From assembly GCA_037431425.1 (NCBI GenBank), contig GCA_037431425.1_4129.1: 64,000 nucleotides of DNA; one strand, given 5' to 3'. Position numbers and translations under genes: made by a program. Below are positions 38,967 through 47,290 of the stretch, one piece after another. Numbering within the stretch: the stretch's first letter is position 1; each line of letters opens with the position of its first letter. The DNA is from a phage. Below the pieces are notes generated by a model. It saw nothing but the letters and a program-made list of their open reading frames with translations, did no database searches and had not been told where the DNA came from.

Positions 38967-39449
38967 ATGAACTACTTAGATTTGATTAACTCATATGTAA
39001 TTAGCCCATATATTAACGATGAAAGTATTAAATGTGTAGTATCAGTTGAGGATCACCCAACTGGTGCATTAAAACTATTTGGTGCAGGTCAAATTAACAA
39101 CCGCAACGGGTATACATTTGAATATTTACCATCAAGTGATAAGTTTGGATGTTATGACCACGAAACAAATAAGGGATATATTTGGGGAACACACTTAAGT
39201 ATTGCACAATCTTCGCTTTTCGAAGACCATAATGGGTATATGTGGCGATATTTAGGTGCAGTACTGCTTGATATCGCCCGTAGGTATAAGAAGTGTATAA
39301 CATTAACTTATACTCATACAAATGAATATAAAAACGAAGTTCAAGTTATTGATGAGGATTTTTTTAAAAATATTCCTTATATTGATTTTAACTGTCAAAA
39401 TGGTTATGCTACATACCCAGCAAGTTTTGAAGGTGAAAGATACTTTTAA
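38967..39449 (+). CDS. hypothetical protein, 160 aa
   Basis: GAGGA SD. Confidence 0.75.
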   Translation: MNYLDLINSYVISPYINDESIKCVVSVEDHPTGALKLFGAGQINNRNGYTFEYLPSSDKFGCYDHETNKGYIWGTHLSIAQSSLFEDHNGYMWRYLGAVLLDIARRYKKCITLTYTHTNEYKNEVQVIDEDFFKNIPYIDFNCQNGYATYPASFEGERYF

Positions 39450-39455
39450 AAAGAG

Positions 39456-39483
39456 TTGATTTAAAATGTATAAGTGATATACT
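39456..39483 (+). promoter_or_regulatory. possible promoter TTGATT-N16-TATACT
   Basis: read directly. Confidence 0.4.
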
Positions 39484-39541
39484 TATCATATCAAGACGAA
39501 ACAACAACCAACATGTAAACGCTACTAATTAGGAGACACAC

Positions 39542-39952
39542 ATGATCAACAAACATTTCGCAGTTTCCAAAACTGTAACCATCGATAATGAATGGGAAAT
39601 TACCATTCTAAATGATACGGCTCGTGGACTACTGGCAGAGAATATTCTCCAGAAGTATATTGACTGTGAATCTGAGTTGATCATTCATGAACGCACTAAA
39701 TTTCTTCTAATTGGTGGAAAGAAATGTAAAGTTCTGGTATTCACCGACAAAATGACTCGTGCAGATATCATTACTAAATTGGTTAGTTCTTCACGTCATC
39801 GTCCGGGTGTTAATAGATCAATTGATGAGATTAAAGAAATGAAGCCAGGTGATTTATTCATTGTTGCAGGGTTTGATTCAAAAACAAGAAAAATGAGTAT
39901 TTCAGAAATGTATACTAATGCTGAAATGCGTAACAAATTCTTTTCTAACTAA
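39542..39952 (+). CDS. hypothetical protein, 136 aa
   Basis: AGGAG SD. Confidence 0.75.
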   Translation: MINKHFAVSKTVTIDNEWEITILNDTARGLLAENILQKYIDCESELIIHERTKFLLIGGKKCKVLVFTDKMTRADIITKLVSSSRHRPGVNRSIDEIKEMKPGDLFIVAGFDSKTRKMSISEMYTNAEMRNKFFSN

Positions 39953-39987
39953 TCAACCCATGTAGTGTAATCTTATACACATTTTAG

Positions 39988-41205
39988 ATGGATAAAAATA
40001 TGATCTTCGAAACTGAAAAAACATTACTTGAAACTTACACTTTGGATAATCTAGTTAAACTTAACCTTGAACGACCAGATATCCAACGCAATTGGCAATG
40101 GAAAAATAATAACCAAAACAATCTTATTATTTCCATTCTAAAGAATTCTCCAATTGGTCAATTTTTAGTATGGAATGAAACTAGTTCAAATACGATGTAC
40201 ATCACTGATGGTCGTCATCGCTATACAGTAATTTCAAACTTCATGAACAATAAATTCCCAGTCACTGTTAGAACTGAAGATGGGACTAAGGATTATTATT
40301 ATGGTTCTGATGATCCAGTAGAAGAAGAAAGCATTTCACTGAAACTTGGTGGAAAGCGTAAAACATGGGATTTTTTATCTAAAGAAGAGCGTGATGCTTT
40401 TCGTGCAAAGGAAGTATCAGTAACATTCGTTCATACAGACGATGCTGAAAAGATTTCAGATATGTTTATTGCAATTAATACTGCATCATCTAATCTATGT
40501 AAAGTTGATTTGTTAGTATGTAAGCACCACACAAATACATATATGAAACGTATTGATAAGCTATTTTCAATTGAGTTTGGCAAAGATGAACCCATGGCAG
40601 CATTAGTGAGTGATTTTTACCGTGCAATCGGTCATTGTTGTGTTAATGGTAATCATGAGAAACACTTATCGAAGCTTAAAGCTAACCCTAAAGTACAGAA
40701 GCGTGAATTTTTTGAAATGTTCTTTATGGTCAAAGCGTTCGCGAAATTATGTGCTAGTGCACTAGATGGTAAGCTAAACTCATACCGTATGCCAAAGATG
40801 AACCAACAAATTGAAGAAGCAATTATTAGTACTGAATCTCTTAGTGAGAAACATGCTGATGCTGATTTTGTTCAGTTTGTTAATGCAGTTCGTGAGATGA
40901 ATTTGGTATCACCTGTAAAATCTGCACAAAAATTTCAATTTATCCATGAAGATATGAAGAATACCTTTAATAAGAGACTCTTTTGTATTTTGATGGGATT
41001 GTTTTATGCTTATGGTACAAGATTGCCATTACATTTTCGTGATGTATGGGGTGACATTTATAATGAAATGTCAGAAAAAAGTTCAGAACTACCTACTAAT
41101 GGAACCGATAGTCCTTCCGCAATTTTAGCTGGCATTGAAATGATTGAACCATACTTTAGTTCAGCATTTAATAATATTCCATTGAGTGCTTACGTGGGAA
41201 AGTGA
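39988..41205 (+). CDS. DUF262 / ParB-like nuclease superfamily protein (GmrS-like), 405 aa
   Basis: N-terminal DIQRNWQW...ITDGRHRYTVIS matches the DUF262 (F/Y)QRxYxW ... DGQQR signature. Confidence 0.65.
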   Translation: MDKNMIFETEKTLLETYTLDNLVKLNLERPDIQRNWQWKNNNQNNLIISILKNSPIGQFLVWNETSSNTMYITDGRHRYTVISNFMNNKFPVTVRTEDGTKDYYYGSDDPVEEESISLKLGGKRKTWDFLSKEERDAFRAKEVSVTFVHTDDAEKISDMFIAINTASSNLCKVDLLVCKHHTNTYMKRIDKLFSIEFGKDEPMAALVSDFYRAIGHCCVNGNHEKHLSKLKANPKVQKREFFEMFFMVKAFAKLCASALDGKLNSYRMPKMNQQIEEAIISTESLSEKHADADFVQFVNAVREMNLVSPVKSAQKFQFIHEDMKNTFNKRLFCILMGLFYAYGTRLPLHFRDVWGDIYNEMSEKSSELPTNGTDSPSAILAGIEMIEPYFSSAFNNIPLSAYVGK

Positions 41206-41414
41206 AAAAACGTGGTGTACTAAATACACCACAAAAACAATATCTTTTGAAAAGATATTCTTTGTGTTATCTTTGTGGACAGAAGATATCGGATTCAGAT
41301 ATACTACATTTTGACCATGTTCAATCATTAAAAGATGGTGGTAGTAATGAATTAAGTAATATACGACCAACGCACTCCATTTGTAATTTACGTAAAGGTG
41401 CTAAGAGTATGTAA
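41202..41414 (+). CDS. small HNH endonuclease (GmrD-like partner), 70 aa
   Basis: GTGA overlap with DUF262 stop; HFDHVQSLKDGGSNELSNIRPTHSICNLRKG is a classic H-N-H. Confidence 0.7.
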   Translation: MKKRGVLNTPQKQYLLKRYSLCYLCGQKISDSDILHFDHVQSLKDGGSNELSNIRPTHSICNLRKGAKSM

Positions 41415-41463
41415 AGCTAATACTCCCCAAAGATGGGGAGTATATATAATTAAAGGGATTTAT

Positions 41464-42300
41464 ATGAGTATTAAAAATAAATTAGATCAGTATTATACAA
41501 ATCCAGAGTATGCTAAAAAATGTTATACTAAATCATTAGAGTTTATTTCGTCTCGAATGGACATTAATTCATCTTATTATATGGAGCCTTGTGTTGGGAC
41601 TGGTTCGTTTTATCTACAGTTTCCTGAATCCCGTCGATTTGGGTGTGACATTGATCCGGTACATCTTGATGAAAATGTTATCCATTCCGATTTTTTACTT
41701 GAATTTGGTATCAATGCAAGAAGTAAAGGTGAACCAATACTTGTTATAAGTAATCCACCTTTTGGGAAAATTTCTTCTTTAGCCATTAAGTTTTTTAATA
41801 AATGTGCATCAATGCCTGAAGTGAAATATATTTGTTTTATTGTCCCTATGACATTTCGAAAAGCAGCAACACAAAATAAACTCAATGAGATGTTTCACCT
41901 GGTATTAGATGAAGATTCACCAAATGACGCTTTTATACTGCACGGAGAACCACATCATGTACCATGCGTATTTCAGATATGGGAACGTAGGGATACAGTT
42001 CGTGAGAAACATGAGATTAAGAACAAATCAGACTATTTCGACTATTGTACTAAGGAAGAGGCTGATGTTTTTATAAAACGTGTAGGAACCAAAGCAGGTG
42101 AGTATGCCGAGCCAGGGAAAGAACACAAAGATGCAAGTATGTACTACATTAAAACTAAGTATGTTGATGAAATCATTAAGGTTTTGAAAAGTAAAGATTA
42201 CCTTGATGAGATAAAACGTATACGTAAAACCACAGCAGGGGTATACTGTGTGTCCAAATCTGAAATCGTTCTTAATATTGAAAAACGTTTGAATCTTTGA
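41464..42300 (+). CDS. DNA methyltransferase, NPPF (N6-A or N4-C) gamma-type, 278 aa
   Basis: motif I EPCVGTGSF, then motif IV SNPPFGK; start moved to ATG 41464 after hairpin ACTCCCC..GGGGAGT and AAGGGA SD. Confidence 0.75.
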   Translation: MSIKNKLDQYYTNPEYAKKCYTKSLEFISSRMDINSSYYMEPCVGTGSFYLQFPESRRFGCDIDPVHLDENVIHSDFLLEFGINARSKGEPILVISNPPFGKISSLAIKFFNKCASMPEVKYICFIVPMTFRKAATQNKLNEMFHLVLDEDSPNDAFILHGEPHHVPCVFQIWERRDTVREKHEIKNKSDYFDYCTKEEADVFIKRVGTKAGEYAEPGKEHKDASMYYIKTKYVDEIIKVLKSKDYLDEIKRIRKTTAGVYCVSKSEIVLNIEKRLNL

Positions 42301-42308
42301 AAATTATA

Positions 42309-42340
42309 GGTTGACTTCGGTCAGCCTTTATTGTTATAAT
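42309..42340 (+). promoter_or_regulatory. terminator-promoter cassette copy 5
   Basis: GGTTGAC-TTCG-GTCAGCC; TATAAT 18 nt after -35. Confidence 0.75.
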
Positions 42341-42368
42341 CATTTTATATAACCAAGAGGATGATTAC

Positions 42369-42872
42369 ATGACACGCATTAATTTAGTACACGTTAAAGA
42401 ACTTGCTGACCAACATTTGATGGCTGAATATCGTGAACTTCCACGGGTGTTCGGTGCTGTACAAAAACACGTTCAAGCACGTAAGCGTGTCCGTGATTTT
42501 AAAATTAACAGTACTTATCTGTTAGGTTCAGGCCATGTGACATTCTTCTACGACAAGTTACTGTACTTACAAAAGCGTCATGTTGAGATTGTTAACGAAT
42601 GTTTGCGTCGTGGTATGAAGATTCAAAACACGGAAGTAAACGACATCAGCGGCTTCCCTGATGAGTTTTGTAATGACTACGTACCATCGGAGTCAGAGAT
42701 TAAAATGTCTCGTGACCGTTTGATTGAGAAGCTCCAGATGAAGCCTAAGTGGTATAAGTTTACTGCTGTTGAAATTCCACAGTACGTTAAAGATATGCAG
42801 AACGTAAAATCTAGTACTGATATGTTCGAAGAAATTGAAGAGCAAATCAAAGATGAAATGAATAATTATTAA
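42369..42872 (+). CDS. denV: pyrimidine-dimer DNA glycosylase (T4 endonuclease V family), 167 aa
   Basis: [41 protein letters not shown] is near-identical in pattern to T4 EndoV; C-terminal extension of about 30 aa. Confidence 0.9.
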   Translation: MTRINLVHVKELADQHLMAEYRELPRVFGAVQKHVQARKRVRDFKINSTYLLGSGHVTFFYDKLLYLQKRHVEIVNECLRRGMKIQNTEVNDISGFPDEFCNDYVPSESEIKMSRDRLIEKLQMKPKWYKFTAVEIPQYVKDMQNVKSSTDMFEEIEEQIKDEMNNY

Positions 42873-42878
42873 AGGTAA

Positions 42879-42911
42879 GGGTTGACTTCGGTCAACCCTT
42901 TTTGCTATAAT
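42879..42911 (+). promoter_or_regulatory. terminator-promoter cassette copy 6
   Basis: GGGTTGAC-TTCG-GTCAACCC plus T-run; TATAAT 18 nt after -35. Confidence 0.75.
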
Positions 42912-42939
42912 CATTTCATCAACTACAGAGGGTAACGAA

Positions 42940-43713
42940 ATGAACCGTACAGAAAAAGCACTTCAAATCGAAAAAAACTTCAACTCCATGATGGCAGCAC
43001 TGGAATGTCTTCTGGATACGCAAACTAACTCCATCAATTCTTTGATTGTATCAGGAAAAGGTGGTGTTGGTAAAACTTACAACGTTGACCAGCGTTTACG
43101 GAAAGCGGATGATAACTTTGAAATTGACTACAAAAAAATCAGTGGTAAAGTAACTACTGTGGGTCTGTACGAAGCACTGTATCGTTCACGTCATGCTGCT
43201 TCTGTACTGTTGCTGGATGATGTTGATATCTTCTCTGATGAGACTAACATTGACTTACTCAAAGCTGTATTGGATACATCTGAAAAGCGTGTAGTATCAT
43301 ATGCAACATCTGCTAAGTACCTTGAACAGCAGGGTATTCCTAAGCAGTTTGAATTCCGTGGTAAGGTTATTTTCCTGACGAACAAAAACCTGTCACAGAT
43401 TGCTAAAGGTAAAAGTAGTTTAGCACCACACATCGATGCACTGATTACTCGTAGCATCTTTGTTGATCTGCAACTGTTTACAAATGAAGAAGTAATGATT
43501 CACATTGAAAATATTATGAACAAAACAAACATCCTTGAAAACAATGGTGTTAACAAAAATGGTTGCAAAGCAATTCTGAATTGGATGCTGAACAATGAAG
43601 ATCGTCTGCGTAGCCCATCACTGCGTATGCCAGTACTGATCGCTGGTTTGTATAATAAATTTCCATACGACTGGGAGTCTATGGCAGAGAATATGTTCCT
43701 TGAGAAAATTTAA
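42940..43713 (+). CDS. P-loop (AAA-like) ATPase, 257 aa
   Basis: Walker A SGKGGVGKT; Walker B VLLLDDVD. Confidence 0.7.
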   Translation: MNRTEKALQIEKNFNSMMAALECLLDTQTNSINSLIVSGKGGVGKTYNVDQRLRKADDNFEIDYKKISGKVTTVGLYEALYRSRHAASVLLLDDVDIFSDETNIDLLKAVLDTSEKRVVSYATSAKYLEQQGIPKQFEFRGKVIFLTNKNLSQIAKGKSSLAPHIDALITRSIFVDLQLFTNEEVMIHIENIMNKTNILENNGVNKNGCKAILNWMLNNEDRLRSPSLRMPVLIAGLYNKFPYDWESMAENMFLEKI

Positions 43714-43775
43714 TTATATGTGTTGACGATTCTACTATAGTGTAGTTCTATAATACTTCATACTGGAGATACGAT

Positions 43776-44117
43776 ATGCTTGAGTTTTTTAATTCAAATA
43801 CAATGCTTGGTATTACTTTAATTTACATGTTTGTATTTTTGTTTTATCATTCAATTGTAATTAGTCTGTGGTATTTTAAAAGGAAAGTTGTTTTTAAATT
43901 GTATTCGTATGATAATGTATTCTTAGTTGTATATAGTATTGTACAAGGTGGGTTTATTTTATTTGGTATTATGACTTATTTCATTTATCGATTGGAAATT
44001 GATAATACACCACACATTACACAATATGTTGTGTTTTCGGGACTAATCGTGTGGTTGTTGACATGTGTCGTGTACTTTATTATTAAAGCTCGTGACAAAA
44101 TTAAAGGGGAATTCTAA
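43776..44117 (+). CDS. small polytopic membrane protein family, 113 aa
   Basis: GGAGA SD; 3 TM; tail RDKIKGEF. Confidence 0.75.
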   Translation: MLEFFNSNTMLGITLIYMFVFLFYHSIVISLWYFKRKVVFKLYSYDNVFLVVYSIVQGGFILFGIMTYFIYRLEIDNTPHITQYVVFSGLIVWLLTCVVYFIIKARDKIKGEF

Positions 44118-44455
44118 TGTTAACATTTTTTCAGTCAGATACAATGATTAGTATTACGTTGATTTATCTGTTTGGATTTTTCTTTTATCATGCACTAGTT
44201 GTAGTACTATGGTATTTTAAAAAGAATATAGTTTTCAAACTGTATCCTAAAGGAAACGTTTCATTACTTCTTTTCACTATTATCCAAGGTATCTTTGCAA
44301 TTTTTGGTATTACTGCACATTTAATTTATTGTGCTAATCCACATTTGAACTCAATATCACAATACATTGTATTTTTTGGATTACTAATTTGGGTACTAAT
44401 ATACGTAACTAATCTCATCATTAATGGTAGAGCTAAAATTCACGGGGACTTTTAA
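44117..44455 (+). CDS. small polytopic membrane protein family, 112 aa
   Basis: TAATG coupling; close paralogue of 43776. Confidence 0.75.
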   Translation: MLTFFQSDTMISITLIYLFGFFFYHALVVVLWYFKKNIVFKLYPKGNVSLLLFTIIQGIFAIFGITAHLIYCANPHLNSISQYIVFFGLLIWVLIYVTNLIINGRAKIHGDF

Positions 44456-44802
44456 TGTTTGAATCTTATCTTGACTTTTTAAGGAATAGTCCAGTAGCAC
44501 ACTCACTTGCTGGGATTGTTCTATCAGGCTATATCACATTTTGGGTAGTTATGTTTCTAGGATGGTATTTTAAACGACAATTCTATAAGCGTAACGGTGA
44601 AGATTTTATGAATTCTGCTATTAATCAATCGTTGTTTGCATCAACATTGATAGCATCAATTGTAGCAACACTCACTGGTGCAGTTCTACCAGCATTCGCC
44701 GCAGTTTACGGCACACTTGGAGTGGTATGTTTATCTTTTATATTGATCATTAAACTTTGTTGTGTTATGATTGAACTTCGAAATAAGATACCGGAGGAAT
44801 GA
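44455..44802 (+). CDS. small polytopic membrane protein family, 115 aa
   Basis: TAATG coupling; tail RNKIPEE. Confidence 0.75.
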   Translation: MFESYLDFLRNSPVAHSLAGIVLSGYITFWVVMFLGWYFKRQFYKRNGEDFMNSAINQSLFASTLIASIVATLTGAVLPAFAAVYGTLGVVCLSFILIIKLCCVMIELRNKIPEE

Positions 44803-45137
44803 TGGAGTATTTTATTGATTTACTGCCGTGGTATATGAAAGTGAGTATTTTATACTATATTATTAGTACTGGATTCTACTTCCTGATGTGGTTTTTTAAA
44901 CGACCAATTTCAGTGTACATCGCTGATAACATGCTGCAATTAAAATTACAAGCATGGTTTTATATGGCGATGTTTATGCCTATTATTCACTACTCAATGA
45001 TTAGTCTAGGTTTACGTTCTAATGGTGAACCAATTGTATTAGTATTCTATTGGGCTTCAACTCTAGTATATGTCGGTTTGTTGTTATACCCAATCGTTCA
45101 TATATTACGTGCTAAAGTTCCTGATGCGAGGTACTAA
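44799..45137 (+). CDS. small polytopic membrane protein family, 112 aa
   Basis: ATGA coupling; tail RAKVPDARY. Confidence 0.75.
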   Translation: MMEYFIDLLPWYMKVSILYYIISTGFYFLMWFFKRPISVYIADNMLQLKLQAWFYMAMFMPIIHYSMISLGLRSNGEPIVLVFYWASTLVYVGLLLYPIVHILRAKVPDARY

Positions 45138-45451
45138 TGGATATAGTAACATTGATTTACACGTTGTATTCATTCTATTTTATTATGTGTTGGATTGGAT
45201 TTTTATTTGTACTGAAGACGTTTGATTATGTTGAAAGACAGATAAAAGAATTTTGTATTCCTTTTATTGGGTCAACCATAATTAGTATTACTTGTTTGTA
45301 TTATTTGGTATGTGATCCACCAGATAACACTGCAATGATTGACTTTATGTTAGCACCAACTACTGTTATTTTTTTATGTAGTCTGCTGCCACCTATTAGT
45401 CGTGGGTTAGCAGAATTTAGACGCAAACAAAAGCTTAAACGAGGGATGTAA
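45137..45451 (+). CDS. small polytopic membrane protein family, 104 aa
   Basis: TAATG coupling. Confidence 0.7.
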   Translation: MDIVTLIYTLYSFYFIMCWIGFLFVLKTFDYVERQIKEFCIPFIGSTIISITCLYYLVCDPPDNTAMIDFMLAPTTVIFLCSLLPPISRGLAEFRRKQKLKRGM

Positions 45452-45819
45452 TGGAAATCACACTTATTATATTAACTTCTATGTTGTTTATTAGTACAGT
45501 TGTTATTATTGGCAAGTTCTTCTGTGTATCCTTCTTGGAAACCGTATATGATGAAATTGCAGATGATTATGAATTAGAAGCAGGATTTTTTATTACGTAT
45601 TGGGTTAGTTTATTACTGCTTATCACAGTATGGGTTTTGCATATATTCCAATGGGGTATGGTTGGTGATGATCCATTACTGGGAATTATTTGTGCGACAT
45701 TTGGGCTACTGACTGGTGCTGCCCACAATCTGATAGTAATTGTGCAAACTATAAAATGCGTATTAGTTCCACATTTTCAGAGAATGCACCAAAACATTAA
45801 ACGCCGCAAACGAGGTTAA
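45451..45819 (+). CDS. small polytopic membrane protein family, 122 aa
   Basis: TAATG coupling. Confidence 0.7.
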   Translation: MEITLIILTSMLFISTVVIIGKFFCVSFLETVYDEIADDYELEAGFFITYWVSLLLLITVWVLHIFQWGMVGDDPLLGIICATFGLLTGAAHNLIVIVQTIKCVLVPHFQRMHQNIKRRKRG

Positions 45820-45820
45820 T

Positions 45821-46183
45821 ATGAACGGGATAGAGTTATCTGTGTTTGGTCAATCGCTAATAATTATTAATACTTTCTTTTTCTCACTTAATGCATTTAT
45901 GTGTATTGGGAAGTATTTTCATAAACGACCATTATCAAATATATATGATGTAATTCAAACGAGATATAGTCCAGCATATACTATAGTTATTAGCAGTTTC
46001 AATTTTGGTTTTGTTTTATTAGTAATTGGAATGTTAACATCAACGTTGAATATCATCACATTCGGTCTTATGATATGTTCATTGGCATTAACATTAGTTA
46101 TATGTTGTTTAGTACTACACCTTATGGTTCTATTATATTTAAAGATATATGCAATTCACCACCGCTTAGGTACGAGGAAATGA
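45821..46183 (+). CDS. small polytopic membrane protein family, 120 aa
   Basis: adjacent start; 3 TM; basic tail. Confidence 0.7.
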   Translation: MNGIELSVFGQSLIIINTFFFSLNAFMCIGKYFHKRPLSNIYDVIQTRYSPAYTIVISSFNFGFVLLVIGMLTSTLNIITFGLMICSLALTLVICCLVLHLMVLLYLKIYAIHHRLGTRK

Positions 46184-46184
46184 T

Positions 46185-46556
46185 ATGAGTTATCGTGAAG
46201 TATTTTCTATAATTTCAATTATTATGTTCAGTGCTGGGACATTGATTTGGTTATTATACTTTTTCTGTATTAATCCAGTGTATAATATGTTATGCAATAT
46301 TAAATCAAGTACTGGCTATATGACCTTTATGATCTTTATGGGATATTATTGTCTAAGCATTTTAGGTGTTTTTTTGGTTGTTATATTTGATCTAGGACCA
46401 AACAGGGACGGTCTGCAAATGTATGAGTTAATAACTATGTTTGGGTGTATGATACCAACTGCACTAATGTTTGTAGCTATTGGTGCTGGATGTATAAAGT
46501 TATACAATTATTTAAAATCCATTCATCATTACATTCATAATAAACGTATGTCCTAA
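46185..46556 (+). CDS. small polytopic membrane protein family, 123 aa
   Basis: adjacent start; 3 TM; basic tail. Confidence 0.7.
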   Translation: MSYREVFSIISIIMFSAGTLIWLLYFFCINPVYNMLCNIKSSTGYMTFMIFMGYYCLSILGVFLVVIFDLGPNRDGLQMYELITMFGCMIPTALMFVAIGAGCIKLYNYLKSIHHYIHNKRMS

Positions 46557-46560
46557 TAAA

Positions 46561-46590
46561 AATCCAGTACTATTAAGTACTGGATTATTT
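46561..46590 (+). terminator. terminator hairpin built from two AGTACT copies
   Basis: AATCCAGTACT-ATTA-AGTACTGGATT then ATTT. Confidence 0.6.
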
Positions 46591-46601
46591 GAGGTAGAGC
46601 A

Positions 46602-47249
46602 ATGAAATCGAAATTAGGTTTGTTTTACAGTAATTATTTTGTTAAGCAGCGTAAATTTATAAAGAAATACTTCTCTACAGAGAAGTCCGGTCCTATAATT
46701 TTTAAAAGATCAAAATATTATACTTACTTAGCTGGTGTTAAACAGTCTAAAAAATTTATTGCTCTATTAAATAAAAATAAAGTGAAAGCTTCTTATGTTG
46801 AAACCAGAAAAAATTCCCCTATAACTCCTAGTGATTTTATTGAGTACGGGTGTTTTTATATTGAGAATAATGGTAACACCTATTTTATGGATATTGATTG
46901 TAATACATCGAATCTTTTTAACATTGTAATAAAACCATCAAAACAATATAATGTTTATGGTGATGCTAATATAAAATTGATCAAAAACAAAGATTGGTTT
47001 GATTTTGAAATAAATGTTTTAGATGAAAATTTTGATGAAGTGCCCAGTAAACCTGAAATATGTGATATTCTAAATAGTTTAAAAGGTAGTAGCTACAATA
47101 TACCATCTGATTTAATGTTTCAGTACTCTTTAATAGATAAAGATATTGAAGATTATATTGCGTGTGCTAAAATCTTGAATTATCTGTATGATGAATTTAA
47201 AAAGAGTTCTAAAATCACAGCATTCACACTTTATAATATTTCTATATAA
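46602..47249 (+). CDS. long-form EE-x-FQ family protein, 215 aa
   Basis: basic N-terminus; motif SDLMFQYSLIDKDIEDY. Confidence 0.7.
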   Translation: MKSKLGLFYSNYFVKQRKFIKKYFSTEKSGPIIFKRSKYYTYLAGVKQSKKFIALLNKNKVKASYVETRKNSPITPSDFIEYGCFYIENNGNTYFMDIDCNTSNLFNIVIKPSKQYNVYGDANIKLIKNKDWFDFEINVLDENFDEVPSKPEICDILNSLKGSSYNIPSDLMFQYSLIDKDIEDYIACAKILNYLYDEFKKSSKITAFTLYNISI

Positions 47250-47260
47250 TTTAAAATATT

Positions 47261-47287
47261 AAAGCCAGTTCTCTCGTACTGGCTTTA
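47261..47287. terminator. bidirectional terminator between convergent genes
   Basis: AAAGCCAGT..TACTGGCTTT. Confidence 0.7.
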
Positions 47288-47290
47288 ATA

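Noticed and set aside
34020-41463. N-terminal extensions of track ORFs (34020, 41398; also 1348, 4013, 5207, 7283, 11415, 12207, 13591, 18271, 26848, 30342, 30689, 32712, 37797, 38149, 56014, 56431, 57878, 58557, 59088, 59599, 62356, 63186)
   Set aside because: The longest-ORF starts overlap the preceding gene, a promoter -10 element or a terminator hairpin. An internal ATG with an SD and tight coupling to the upstream stop is a better start in each case.
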